This document shows positions 39,406 through 52,587 of a stretch of 64,000 nt of DNA, one piece after another. The position numbers were made by a program, and so were the translations under genes. The DNA is from Octopus vulgaris. Its lineage: Eukaryota. Position 1 is the first letter of the stretch. Every line of letters starts with the position of its first letter. The DNA lies in NCBI GenBank assembly GCA_951406725.2, contig OX597831.1, positions 6,510,001 through 6,574,000 on the forward strand. Reading direction: 5' to 3'. The notes beneath the pieces were generated by a model that did not search any database, was not told the origin of the DNA, and worked only from the letters and a program-made list of their open reading frames with translations.

Positions 39406-40134
39406 CTGAAGAAGAAAATCAGAAAATAAAATTAAAAGAAAGAAAGGAAGGAAGAAGGTTATATGGAATTAAACAATTAGCAAAGTTCAAGAAAATTAAT
39501 CTTGCTTAAATGCCTAAAACTGATTGGCTTAATTCTGAGATAAACTAGGGCAGTACCCCAGCATGGCCGTAGCCTAATGACTGAAACAAGCAAAACGTAA
39601 AAGACAGGATGTTGCAACCCCGCAGCCTATTCATTTATTCTGTTTTATTGTTATTTAAAGAGAATCTCAGAAAATTCCAAACCCAAAAAACAACAATCAA
39701 TTCAGGATTTCTAAAGAAATTTTTTTCTATTTTTGAAACCAATTTTGATACATTTCTTTTCTTCAACAAAATATCAGATTTCAAATTTGTAAGAAATAAC
39801 AATATGACAACAGGTAAGAAGAGGTTATTTCAATAATTAAATTTGTTATAAAATATATGAAAAAAGAACATATTTGCATGTGAATTAAAAGTTCTGCTTT
39901 GGAACAAATAAACGAAGGATTTTCTATTATTGGTTAGTCTAATCTTCCAAGATTAGAGAACAATAATTAAATTGAGTTATTCAAAGACATTTCTATGGGA
40001 TTAACAAATAAACATTTAGGGCTTTCAAAGAATTTCAAAGATAATCTCTTCAATTATCCTTCAAGAATAAATTTTCTTAAATTGATTAAACCTATTTCAT
40101 ATTTTATTTTCCTCCTCTCTTCTTCCTATGTTAC

Positions 40135-40221
40135 CTGCAAGGGTCTGCTGATAACAGATCCAGAATTGCTAGCACCCGTCAACAACATAGAGTTCCTTTC
40201 TGATTGGAATTTGATAAAGAA
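40135..40221 (-). CDS. Candidate coronin cassette exon (87 nt, phase 0-0)
   Basis: Pyrimidine tract plus ccag acceptor, CAG|gtaaca donor; open frame FFIKFQSERNSMLLTGASNSGSVISRPLQ. Confidence 0.4.
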
Positions 40222-40492
40222 CTGGAAATGGCTTAGAGAAGTGGAGAAGAGACAAACACCAAAGATGTTGAAAGCTAATAAAGAAGGAGAATAGAAACAA
40301 ACAACCCCATATCCAAAATGCTTCGATACTCAACAGGAAAATTACTCAAATACTTCTATTTGTTCCTTAGTTTAAGCTTCTTAATGTTGAAAAAGGGAAA
40401 ACACAGACCTTTAGCCCATTCCTATTGAAGATATTGGAGTCACAAAGACACATAACTTTATCATCATCATCACTATCTTTGTTGCCTTAATA

Positions 40493-40722
40493 CCTATTTC
40501 TTTACTACCCACAAGGGGCTAAACACAGAGGGGACAAACAAGGACAGACAAACAGATCAAGTCGATTATATCAACCCCAGTAACTGGTACTTATTTAATC
40601 GACCCCAAAAGGATGAAAGGCAAAGTCGACCTCTGTGAAATTTGAACTCAGAACGTAACGGCAGATGAAATACCACTAAGCATTTCGCCCGGCGTGCTAA
40701 CATTTCTGCCAGCTCGCCGCCT
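40493..40722 (-). mobile_element. SINE family B
   Basis: Full monomer; TSD tttgttgccttaata. Confidence 0.85.
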
Positions 40723-41289
40723 TTTGTTGCCTTAATATCTTTCGCTTTCCAAATATATCTCAACTCGCTGGTGTTTTATCTGCAAGAATCGGACAATTCT
40801 TTCAAGCCTATCTACTTCCCAGATCTTCTTTGGTTTTTTTTTGATCATCTAGACAATTTCCATTTCGCAACAGTTTTAATATAACACTATCCATTCACAA
40901 TCCACGCCCAAACTAGTGGACGAGGGGATGTTCTGCAGGCCCTGGTTCTTCTCTGTGATGTCTAATTCTTTGTCGTAATCTTTATTTCCTACTGAACCAT
41001 CATGTCAGTTGATAGTGTATCACTCACAATCAGTGCACTAATGAGTACAGATGAGACTGTAGGCTATTAATAGATCCATAGTCTTCTGACCACTCACCAA
41101 TCCTTGGTGCCAAGAGAGAAACTTTCAAAGAGAAAACAGAAAATCTCCCTACAAAATCATGTTATAAAAACCTCATCTATACACATTTCCCGAAAACTAA
41201 AAGAAATGACAATGACACACCAATAAGGGCTTAGAAAATGGTTTGCCATTCTGCAACCACAGCATAACTAAATCAACAAGGTAGAAACT

Positions 41290-41448
41290 AATTGGTTAAT
41301 ACTGTCCCATTTTATTAATTGGTCAATACTGTCCCATTTTATTAATTGTTTAATACTGTCCCATTTTATTAATTGGTCAATACTGTCCCATTTTATTCAT
41401 TGTTTAATACTGTCCCATTTTATTAATTGGTTAATACTGTCCCATTTT
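41290..41448. repeat. 27-bp minisatellite, 6 copies
   Basis: Unit taattggttaatactgtcccattttat. Confidence 0.9.
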
Positions 41449-41914
41449 ACTGCAGCTGGCATCTAAATTCCCAATTCTGTTCTCAATTTTTTTCTTTTTT
41501 AATGATTCCACTGTATTTAGCAACGGTGTTTCTTTCCTGCTTTTTGTTGAAAAAGTCTTCAAGAAGGTTCAATTCCAGTGAATAGAAATAAACAAAATGT
41601 CTTTCTCAGGTCTAGTTACTGACAACACTTTCAACATAAACGAATTTTTATCCATTTCAATCCAAGGTTTTTTGCATTTTTCTCTTCACAATAAAATGTC
41701 AATAAATTTGGTTCTTAAAACAAGATTTATTACATCTTTTACACTTAATAAATCAATAATTTGACAGTCACTAATTAACTTGCTAGTTTGTGGGTGTATT
41801 AACGATCCTGTCCGTCAGAATCATGGGATAATTCATCACCAATTATCCAACCATAAAGTGAAATTGCTGTGGAATGAAAACCTGCTGCTAACTTCCTCCG
41901 TGTTAAATTTATCT

Positions 41915-42148
41915 ACTTCTTTATTGCCCACAAGGGGCTAAACACAGAGAGGACAAACAAGGACAGACAAACGGATTAAGTCGATTATATCGAACCCAGT
42001 GCGTAACTGGTACTTAATTTATCGACCCCAAAAGGATGAAAGGCAAAGTCGACCTCGGCGGAATTTGAACACAGAACGTAACGGCAGACGAAATACGGCT
42101 ACGCATTTCGCCCAGCGTGCTAACGTTTCTGCCAGCCAGCTCGCCACC
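41915..42148 (-). mobile_element. SINE family B
   Basis: Full monomer; TSD ttaaatttatct. Confidence 0.85.
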
Positions 42149-42674
42149 TTAAATTTATCTTTAAAGAATTTTATAACACAAAGCAGCAAATAACCTCATC
42201 TTATCTCCAACAAATCAATTAAAACTACTACAAACAATACTTTGAGGTTTAAAACGAAAATTTTAACACGGTGTATTTAATATTAATAATCATGTTATTG
42301 AAATTTAGGGATTTTTACAGAAACTATGAAGTCAACATATTTAGGAATATATTCATACAGGTTTCATTAGTTAAGATATTTAAGAAGAGAACGCAAGAAA
42401 AATGTTAAGTTTAGATTCTTAAAGTAAGTCATTATTAATTTGCAAGTGAAAGTTTTAATCAAATTTAGACTAAACATTTAAGCTAAAATATTTAGATGTT
42501 TGTGCACAAAGAAACCATTTTTTTTTCAATTTATTCGAGATCTGCTAAGTTGCCACTGATGTGAACTACATAATGCCACAACTATACAAGTTAGTTGTTA
42601 ATAAAGGTTAGTGAGTGACAGTAAGAAAGGGGGGGTGTTTTTCCAATGCAAGGAAAGTGCTGTCATTTACTCAC

Positions 42675-42758
42675 CTCAGCATCAAGCTGATTGGTCCCAT
42701 TCTCCAGGCTTGAAGGAGAGATGGGAGTTGGGGACCATACCTTCTTCACATGGATTCT
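42675..42758 (-). CDS. CORO2B: Coronin-like exon (84 nt, phase 0-0)
   Basis: tag acceptor and GAG|gtgagt donor; RIHVKKVWSPTPISPSSLENGTNQLDAE joins in frame to LRKAYF. Confidence 0.8.
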
Positions 42759-43699
42759 CTATAAGCACAGGAGACAGCAATGCAAGATAGAGGTTAGCAA
42801 AGTTGCGGGTGTGTGGCAGAAAAAAAATGGGAGGCTGAGCAGTGCAGTGATTCATGTTGATAGAAATTAATGCACAAGAAATAGAGTGAACATAGAATTA
42901 AGGAGAATATAAAATATGGTAATATTATGAAAGAGGTGCAAAGCTGTTGTGCAGGTAAATGATTAAGTTGCAAAAGAAAAGAGTTTCAAATATATTTTGA
43001 ATTTCTATAGAATATTATTCCATTTATGCAGCTAGGTTGATCTGGAAGCTAAACAAAACAGAACAGACTTGAAATAATGTTTGGATTCCTAGTTAACGAA
43101 TATAATGAACAATATTTAAAATAATTAACAACTTGAGTTTTGTTTCACATAACAGCAAAAAATGCCAAATTGATAATGTAGAGAATGGGTCACATTTAAA
43201 AATTAAAAAATCCTTTTCTACAACAATATTTTCTAATTCTCAAAAGCAAGCAACATTAAAGTAATTAAGAAAAATCTTTGTTAACACACTTTGCCTATTT
43301 TTATTGTAAATATTTGTAAATTTCATTAAATTAAATCTGCCAACAATATTTAAACATCTCCTTCACTCAATAAACACGGGATTATTTTGTGAATAGCTTT
43401 CCCACGAGAACATCCAGTTTAGATGAGAAAAGAACTCAAGGACTTAAAGAAGAAAAGGTTTACAAAGAATTCAAAAAGAATTCAGTTGAGAAATGGAGTT
43501 CATAGATTTGTGAAGAGAGGTGATAATAATGGCAAACAGAGAATTTATACAAAATGGTTCCCAAAACAATATCCTAGAGGAGGAGGCAAGAAGAGATGAA
43601 AATAAGATGCAAGTTAAATAAAGGGGTCCAGTAATCCAAACAAAAATCAGCCCAAATAATGAGGGCCTTGAATGAGATTTCTGCAACAAAGTGCTGTCA

Positions 43700-44090
43700 C
43701 AATGTTAAGGTTTGTGTGACTCAACAATCCAGAAGGCCAACAAAGCACAAAATCTTGATAGGGATTCCTATTTCAAAGGATAAGCGCCAAGCTAATACAG
43801 ACCACTCTTCAGGTTTGCATAGGGCCAATATCTCTACCTAGTGAAAAAAAAGCTACAGAAGCCCATGACAGTACAAAAACAACAAGACCTGGGAAAGGAA
43901 GACCTTCATACACATCAGGCCTTGATCAGGAAAACCTAAAAGGAACCTGCAGTGGGATAATGAGGCAGGGTTGAAAAAGCAGGATTCCAATTGGAGAACA
44001 GCAGAAGAGAGAGCCCAGAGTTAAGAAGAGAAGGGGGGAAAATTCATTATGGCCTAAGTTCTACCTGGAGAGAAAAACTTGAGTAAGATG
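43700..44090 (+). mobile_element. Decayed, internally deleted RTE-like element
   Basis: Shares ggtttgcataggg with 9955-9967; ends ggcctaagttctacctggag...gagtaag like RTE 3' ends. Confidence 0.4.
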
Positions 44091-45431
44091 AAATGACACT
44101 TCACCAAAAAGTTGAGATTGGTAGAAGAAATACTTGAGAGTGAGGTTATAAAGAAGAAAGAGAAGAATGAAAATACAGGAGGAAGAAATGAGAAGACTTT
44201 TGATAGAGAAATACTGAACTATTATTTCTTAAGTATTAATTTTCTTAAATTCAGCAACGACTAAAGAAGAAGTAGAACAGTTTCAGATAAAAATCCTCAC
44301 AGAAACGATGATGATGATGATGATAATGATGACAAACGTTAAGAAATCAAGATACAATGTATGACAGACTCATCCAACCCATGCCAGCATAGAAAAAGGA
44401 AATTTTAAAATGTTCAACTATTTATTAGTTTTAGACAAGTTTAAATAGGATGATTTTGAGGAAAATCTATAGATTTATATATTTTGTGAATGGAATTATT
44501 TTTACAGTTGAATGTAAATAAATTGTCCTTATCAGTAAACCGTTTCTTAGTTTATTGCTTAAAAGATTCATTTTCTTTAGTTTTCATCAAATAAATTGCA
44601 ATCAAATGTGATAATACTTTCGATCAAGTATTCAGCTCTCTGCTACTTTAATCTCAGGTCACATTCTTCGTGTGTGGATTGTAAATATGTTTAAGTTGAG
44701 AGTTTGCAAAATAATGATAAATATTTGTCACTGTTGAATTAGTTTTACAAGGTTTTTGTTTAAGTGAAAGACTAGAGTAGAAAAGGAGTGAAAAACCAGC
44801 ATTTTTAGAGGACTTTTAAGTAAATTGCATGTTTATATTTATATTTATTTCTAGGGGATTATGGAATATAGAAACTTTAATTTTGGCTGAGTTTATTTAC
44901 TTGGAAATATTAAGAATTATTTGACATTATTTGAAAAATCTAAATATACCAAATTACCAGAGCAACAATTGGTTTGGTTTGGGATAAGTTGGGTGTGGTG
45001 TGGGGTTTAAGCACATGATTTAAATTTTGGTAAACATTGAAAATACAATAAATATTAGAAAAGAATAACCTATAATATTCCTTCAAGAACCCATGGATCA
45101 ATTTAAGTTGATGAATGTGTGTGTCCCCGTGAATGAAACACTCAACAGATTGCTGATGTTCAGCTCATAATAATTCATGGCAATTCTCAATGATTCTCAC
45201 AGTAAAAAAAATAAATTTTATAAAAAAATATTTCTAGACATTTATTTCACAGATGTTGTTAATTAAACGAAATAGCTAAATGTTAGTTAAGATGTGAGGA
45301 GGCAGCAACAAGGTGGTGGTGGGGGGAGGGGACATGAAGCAGGTCGCTAAAGTGTCGAAGGTGAGGGATTTGCAGGAGAATTATTTCAAGGATGTTGCAA
45401 CAATTATTTGGGGGAGAATTCCAAAACCTAC

Positions 45432-45452
45432 CTTTTGGCCATTAGACTGTTT
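45432..45452 (-). CDS. Coronin-like 21-nt microexon (KQSNGQK)
   Basis: tgtctccccgtag|AAACAGTCTAATGGCCAAAAG|gtaggt; frame-preserving. Confidence 0.55.
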
Positions 45453-48011
45453 CTACGGGGAGACATTTGCAAAGTATAGCATTTGATTATAAATGGTGTA
45501 TTTTGCAAGGGTTCGAAAAGGATTGGATCAGCAAGAACATATAATATGAAAGAGATTTCAAAGTTTGATGTTTGAGAAACAATGACATTATCAAAATTAG
45601 ATTCGTTTTCGTTTAAAAATCATGCCAACTACAGAATTACCGAATATGGTCTAAACATATTCTTAAAATATATTCTTATGTTTTATGACTAACAGTGAAT
45701 TTCTAAATCTAAAAGTGACACTCGACAAATGACAGTGAAGTTTTACAAGAAAATTTGTGTCAGAGAAAAAGGAATTTAAAAGCAGAAAACATCATATGGA
45801 AAAAATATATATATATATATATTGCATCTGATATCTTTAAATTCTAATTTACATATTTAATTATTTTGGATGATTTTTCTTTTTTTTTTTTTTGGAACAT
45901 AACATGATGGTTTTATGTGATAGGTTTTTATTCACAAATAATTGTTCTACGTTAAAAAGTTGAATTCTATCTCAAGGATTCATGACAGAATTAAATATTG
46001 ATGATTCAACTAAAATATATTTATATGAACAAGAAGACAATAAAATGGTTTGAGAATCGTGAAAAAACATGAAACAACAAAACACATCAAAACAAATTGG
46101 ACAGAGACAAACCACAAAGAATGATGATAGACCATGCAAACTGCAATCAAACATCATTTCTATGAAAATTGTTTTTAGGAATTCCTTAAGATAACCAATT
46201 TTTGCAACCGGCTATCAAAAGATGCTAGACTACAAGCTAAAGACTTCAGAATTTAACAATCTTGTCATTGTGTTATTAGAAATGAAATACTTAACTTTCA
46301 ATGGCTGGGGAGATCCCTTAGCTGTAAAGACACGGGGAAAACTTAAAGAGTGATGATAAGAAATTTTACCAGATTTAATTTCCCTCCATCTGATATGAAA
46401 GTTTAAGTCATCAGTGACAGTCCGTAGATGTCTCTCGAGATTCTCATCAAAATACCCACTTCGACTAACACAATAGTGACAAATATACTTGTCAAAATAA
46501 TAACAAAGAAATATATATAAAAGGACTTTACAGAACTTCTTTAGCAATTAATTTAATTTATAAATAGTCTTAAATTGCAATTAAAAATTTCAATCTCATC
46601 AAAAGGTGACAAGAACGAAAAGATTTTTGGTGATTTCTACAATAATCTTCAACCCATTCCAAGAGGCAATTACATAATGAGAGTACTTTTAATTAGTTAT
46701 ATATGTGTATTGCAAATTATTGTTTCTCCTTAATTAAACCCAGATTAAAAATTATACAAAATATTAAAGTGTGCTTTTTTTTTTTTTAACTATTTGCTCA
46801 ACGATGTCATAAACAGAAGATGACCAAACAACAAGCACAGAATAGAAGAAAAAAAAACAAAAAAGAAATGGTTGAAAACAAAAAAAGAAATGTCTAGAAA
46901 CACTTTTCTAAAGCACAGTGAAAGCATAAAACATCTCAATGTCAATAAAAGATCAATAAAAAACATCAACAACAAAGATTTGGGCTGTTTTCCTAATGTC
47001 GTCACTTTTGACTTGTTTTAGTTCTGAAAATGTAAGTTTTTAATTTAGCAAATTTATTTAATATCTTTCAAATAGTAAATAATTTAGGAGATTTTTGGGG
47101 GGTTTTTTAAAAATTTTTTTCATATTTGAAAGGCTTTCATTTCCTGAATAGGAAAATATCAATAAGTAATTGACACACAAACTGTCTTGTTTTGAAAATA
47201 TAATTGGGCTTTTGATCATTAACACTAATTAAACGATTAAACTATTAAACGAGGATAATATGATTAACATTTAATTATTTAACTTCTAAATCATCTTTAG
47301 GGTTCACTGCAATTCTCTAAAAAAGGAGTTGGTTTTTTTTTTTAAATATTATTAAATAGCTTTAATAAATGCAATTTTGAAAAGTGTTAATTTAAATTTC
47401 TAAAAATCTTTACTTGAGTAAAACAGAAAACTCTGAAATAAATTGATTATATGAGATTATTTCAAAGTGTTTAATTGCTTTCACAAGGAAACCATGCACA
47501 GAGACACAAACACCCACACACACCCACACGCGCGCACGCGCATAGATTATGTAAATGATCTGGAAATAGAAGTCATTTAATGACAGACAAACAATTTACA
47601 ATATAAAATAAAAGAAGGAATTTTAGTTTTAGTCGAATTAAAGAGAAGCATGCATAAACGGAGAAATGACAAAACATGAGAAGAGATTTTAATAAGAAAT
47701 TCCTCAGTTGGTTATTTGCTTAATTAATTGGTAATTACCAGTTTGAAAATACTATCTTGTCTCCTTTCGAGAAAACTCGATAGACTGTATTTCCTCTTTG
47801 TGTACACACAGATCAACAGAAAGGTAGATAGATAGAGAGAAATAGGTTTGGAAATTGTCCAGTTGGAATGGCAAACCTCGTAGACACTCCAGAAAGAAAC
47901 AATGTAAAAAAACGTCACACTCTGGTATCAATAACTAAAATGATGCAACCGATATTGATGGGACATGCAGTCGACACTCGTTCTAATTCAATCAATATGA
48001 ACTACACTTAC

Positions 48012-48032
48012 CTTGGTTTTTGTTATTAATTT
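48012..48032 (-). CDS. Coronin-like 21-nt microexon (KLITKTK)
   Basis: ttgtttattttag|AAATTAATAACAAAAACCAAG|gtaagt; frame-preserving. Confidence 0.5.
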
Positions 48033-48159
48033 CTAAAATAAACAATTTTTCACGATTACATATTAATCTAAATGCTTGCTTAGAAATAAATATCTTGATC
48101 TAAAAGATTCTTTTAATCAAGAATTAAAAAAAATTTTTTTCAAATATAAAGTTTATACA

Positions 48160-48390
48160 ATGATGATGATGATGAATGATGATGAATGATGATGAATGAT
48201 GATGATGAATGATGATAGATGATGATGATGAATGATGATGATGATGATGAATGATGATGATGATAATGATGATGAATGATGATGATGATGATTGATGATG
48301 ATGATGATAGATGATGGATGATAATGGAGGTGATGGTGGTGATGATGGTGATGGTGGTGATGATGATGACGGCGATAATGATGATGACAA
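48160..48390. repeat. (GAT)n/(GAATGAT)n compound repeat
   Basis: Seen directly. Confidence 0.9.
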
Positions 48391-49850
48391 CGACAAACAG
48401 ACAGTTTTGTAATAAGTGAATAGTATGTTTTCTTTCAACAGGAAAATTCTAAGTTTGAACATTGCAAGACAAGTAAATCGGGAAGCTACCAGCAGACTGT
48501 GGCTGATTCTGCCGAGTAGAAGCAAACAACCTGCTACTTCTTATAGAATCAAAAGAAGAAGAACGGCAGAAATTGAAAAATTTAAAGATTGAAATAAAAA
48601 CTGAAGGTTTAAACTAGTAGAAAATAAGTTGTTGTAGAAGAGACTAGTCAGTGAATACAATCAGTTGAGGTTCAATATTTCACTATAAAATTGTCTAAAA
48701 TATCCTTTAAAAGCAAATGGTGTATCCTGTACAGGCAAAACTATTCTAAAATTCAACCGGTTTTTACAGAAAAAAATGGAAAAAGAAAAGTTTCTTAAGG
48801 ACATTGAAAAAAAATTCAGTTGGTTTATTTGTCCTAACCTGAGGGAGGTCTACATTCATTAATTAATAATTAACAGGAAATAAATGAAAGAGGAGGCTGT
48901 CCCCTTAGTAAAACTGGGGCTCTCTATTTTTAGTTTAAAACAAACCATAGATACCCTATGGCTCTGGAAGGGTTAATGAAGCCGTCAGCACAAACCCTAA
49001 CCATAGATACCCTATGACTCTGGAAGGTTTAATGAAGCCGTCAGCACAAACCCTAACCCTCTTGACCAATTCACTATAGTGGGTCTATCTACCTTATGTC
49101 TTCTGCTTCCATGAGAATCTTCATATCCACAAGAATCGGCTGATTACAAGATGAACAGAATCTTACTCGAAGGAAATATTCCTGGAGACCAACAACGTTT
49201 TACTTTCAACCAACATGCAAACAACCTTTCTAGCAATTTAGCTTTTGTATTCTAATGTTAATAATCGCATTGTGAGTTCAAATACTGCCATGATCAACTC
49301 AGCTTCTTATATTTTTAGGTTTATAAAATAAGTACCAGTCAAATACTGGTGTCAATGTGACTTCCGTCCCAACGAAATTACTCACCTTGCACCAAAATTA
49401 GAAAGGGATAGAGCAGAGCTGACATTTTAGTAACGGCAGTCTGGTGCAAGCTTCTGCCTGGCTGGCTCTTGTGAAACTGTCCCAACCTGGCTAGCATGAA
49501 AGGCAGGCGTTAAATGATGATGATGCCATCGTAGTAACGAGAGAAATATGCAAATGCTTTGTGTATTTATAGCTTGATAGAAAGGAGTCAGCCTCTGGAA
49601 TACATTTTCACTCATCACAATAATAAGAAATATCTCATCCAACACATGCCAACATGGAAAAACAGATGGATGATGATGATGATGATGACGACGATGATGA
49701 TGATGGAAATGGCTACAGAGGTATGTTGTTTCACTGGTTGAACTATGAAGCCATTTACATACCATGGCTAACTTCATTTTTAGAATATTAGAGTTAAGAA
49801 TTAGATTTAGAAACAATTCAATGCTATAAAACTTTTGCAAGAGTAGTTCA

Positions 49851-50370
49851 TACTGTGAAAGGGAGGGGTGCGGCACACTTTGTACTGTGAAAGGGAGGGG
49901 TGGGGAACACTTTGTACTGTAAAAGGGAGGTGTGGGGCACACTTTGTACTGTGAAAGGGAGGGGTGCGGCACACTTTGTACTGTAAAAGGGAGGTGTGGG
50001 GCACACTTTGTACTGTGAAAGGGAGGTGTGGGGCACACTTTGTACTGTGAAAGGGAGGTGTGGGGCACACTTTGTACTGTGAAAGGGAGGGGTGGAGGCA
50101 CACTTTGTACTGTGAAAGGGAGGGGCGGGGCACACTTTGTACTGTGAAAGGGGGGTGTGGGGCACACTTTGTACTGTGAAAGGGAGGGGTGGAGGCACAC
50201 TTTGTACTGTGAAAGGGAGGGGCGGGGCACACTTTGTACTGTGAAAGGGAGGGGCGGGGCACACTTTGTACTGTGAAAAGGGAGGGGTGGGGCACACTTT
50301 GTACTGTGAAAAGGAGGGGTGGGGCACACTTTGTACTGTGAAAGGGAAGGGTGGGGCACACTTTGTACTG
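49851..50370. repeat. 31-bp G-rich minisatellite, about 17 copies
   Basis: Unit approximately cacactttgtactgtgaaagggaggggtgggg, with a variable G-rich half. Confidence 0.95.
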
Positions 50371-50875
50371 ACCCTGAAACAGGTACAAGATGGTTTGATG
50401 GCTCAAGTCTCTTCTACGCAATTATGCTATTCATGGAAATATTATTCAGTAAAATGAAATATTAGTAACATGACACAACAATATAGAGATTAACGTTTAT
50501 ACCAGAAGTGTGACCTTTTAAAAATGACTAACAAAAAGTTATAAAAAAAAAACATAAAAATTCAATAAAGAAAATTTACTCAAATTCCAACAACTGAGAT
50601 TTTGGCTGATTATTTCAGAATGTGAATGTAGCAAGTTATTTTGTTGGTTTGGAAACTCAAACTTGTTAAATTTTGTAAAGTGATTAATATAAGAATAAAT
50701 TAATTTAAATTCTAAAAACACAGAATATATTAATAACTTTGGAGTAAATATTAAAATAAACAAAAATGTTAGTATTTGGTGATTTTCTTATCAAATAAAC
50801 CACCTCTAAATTACTCAACTAAAAAATTACATAAGAATGGGGTTGAAAAAAGATATTTTCTCTATTTTTATCTTA

Positions 50876-51079
50876 GCAGCACAAAGTTTTGTCAGTGAAC
50901 AGGTCGTGGTCTCAAAGCGACGAAAATATTTTGACAAATTAAATTTAAATGTTGAAGTGAATCTAACGGTTTTTGTGTGTTTCTTAAATGGCTTATAAAC
51001 ACCTTCCACACTGCAATTGTTTTCGTTCTAGCACACAATCTCAGATCAAGTCACTCGCTATGCAAGTACATCTCCATAA
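50876..51079 (+). mobile_element. ~204-bp hammerhead-bearing element, full length
   Basis: 7-bp TSD tatctta (50869-50875 and 51080-51086); no TIR and no tail. Confidence 0.8.
50888..50938 (+). ncRNA. Predicted minimal type-I hammerhead ribozyme, G3-C8 variant
   Basis: TTTGTCA GTGAACA G GTCGT ggtctcaaa GCGAC GAAA ATAT T T TGACAAA: 7-bp stem I, 5-bp stem II and a palindromic loop 3. Confidence 0.6.
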
Positions 51080-51723
51080 TATCTTATAATTTTTATTTAT
51101 TTATTTTAAAATGAAAAAAAAAATCAGCAGTCAAATGGATTTACCAGTCTAACTATTTATGGTAGAGAAAATAATTCTGTAATAAAAAAAAAAATCCAAT
51201 TTAGTTCTTTCAGGTAAGTATTCTAAAATCTAATAAATCCCTATTTATGAGTGTCATCAGCTCTCCAAGTTCATGTTGGACATGTCAACATAGTTTCAGA
51301 TGCAGAAAAACATAATTACTTTAACAAATAGTTTCATTTGCCTCTCAAAACTAACCAGACAATAAGTACAAAAATTAAGCTAAAAGATAAAAAAGTTAAA
51401 ACTATGTTTTCAAATCAAGGAGAAAAAACAAAAACAGAAAAAAAAATTTCTACTATTCTTAAAACAGTTACTAAATTTAAAAAAAAAAAAGGAAAATAAT
51501 ATTTTTGATATTGAAACGAAGCTAATGAGTATTTCTAAGAACCCTGTATTTCTATCCTTCCCAGCTGTACCAGGACATGTTTCAACCAAAGAAAACTTCT
51601 TCAGTGAAGCATAGTACAACAAATTAACCAACACTTAACTATACTGTTGCTGCTAAATACTTTAAATTCTAGTTTGTTTGGTTTTTTTACAACATTTTTA
51701 GAACTTCTATCAGCATTGAAATG

Positions 51724-52030
51724 CGATCACCGTGACCGACCAGGCTATCAGATGTTGCTACACATCGCTGGTCACAATGCGCTTCGCATTGTTTTAGCCT
51801 TCAAATGATGCCACCCCGCTGGCTAAGCGAGCAGGCCAACAGAAGAAAGAGTGAGAGAAAGTTGTGGTGAAAGAGTACAGAAGGGACCGCCACCACCCGC
51901 TGCCAAAGCCTTGTGGGGCTTTTAGGTGTTTTTGCTCAATAAACACTCACAACGCCCAGTCTAGGAATCGAAACCACGATCTTACGACTGCGAGTCCACT
52001 GCCCTAACCACTGGGCCACTGCGCCTCCAC
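51724..52030 (-). mobile_element. tRNA-headed SINE with RTE-derived 3' end
   Basis: Head ggaggcgcagtggcccagtggttagggc; 10-bp TSD cattgaaatg; tail similar to the RTE end at 4252-4310. Confidence 0.85.
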
Positions 52031-52207
52031 CATTGAAATGTATTTATTCTAAATACTTCAGAATATATTTCACAGCTATTAAACATATCTTATGCTGTAT
52101 TGTTGCCAGCACAAAATTTATGACCAAAGCTTAGAATGTTGTTTTTTCTAATCCATTTCTTTGTATTATTCCCCAAAATTACACTCTGACTATCAAATAT
52201 TTAAACA

Positions 52208-52587
52208 TCTCTCTATATATAAACGGCAAAATGTATGTCTGTGTGTGTGTGTGTGTCTGCATGTCCTTTATATAAATCCACAATTTCTCAGTTAGAGGGC
52301 TTGCACTTTCTATGGTCATTCAAAACCGTCCAAGGGTGGTCGTGCACATATTTACATTTCCCCAGTCACCCCGCAAAACCATTAAAAAATCAATAGAAGT
52401 TACTTTTTCGTGAATTTTCTATCCAAAACCCAATCAAAATGCCCGAAATTTGATACGCCAATTGAATGCCAGCTATGTGATTGGTCAGAGATTTGGACAG
52501 CACTCGCGTGTATGTGCGCACACACACACGCAACTGTATATGCATGTACTAGCACTATGACCCGGCGTTGCCAGGTCACAGTGCTAG
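52208..52587 (+). mobile_element. Non-autonomous Helitron-like element (family H1, copy 2)
   Basis: A|TC ... hairpin CTAG|T; colinear with 282-639. Confidence 0.8.

Noticed and set aside
49093-49139. Possible 47-nt coronin exon
   Set aside because: Weak donor (gtagat), and it changes frame with no compatible partner exon found.
49427-50421. 310-aa and 204-aa Pro/Cys repeat ORFs
   Set aside because: Products of the 31-bp minisatellite with no convincing splice context.
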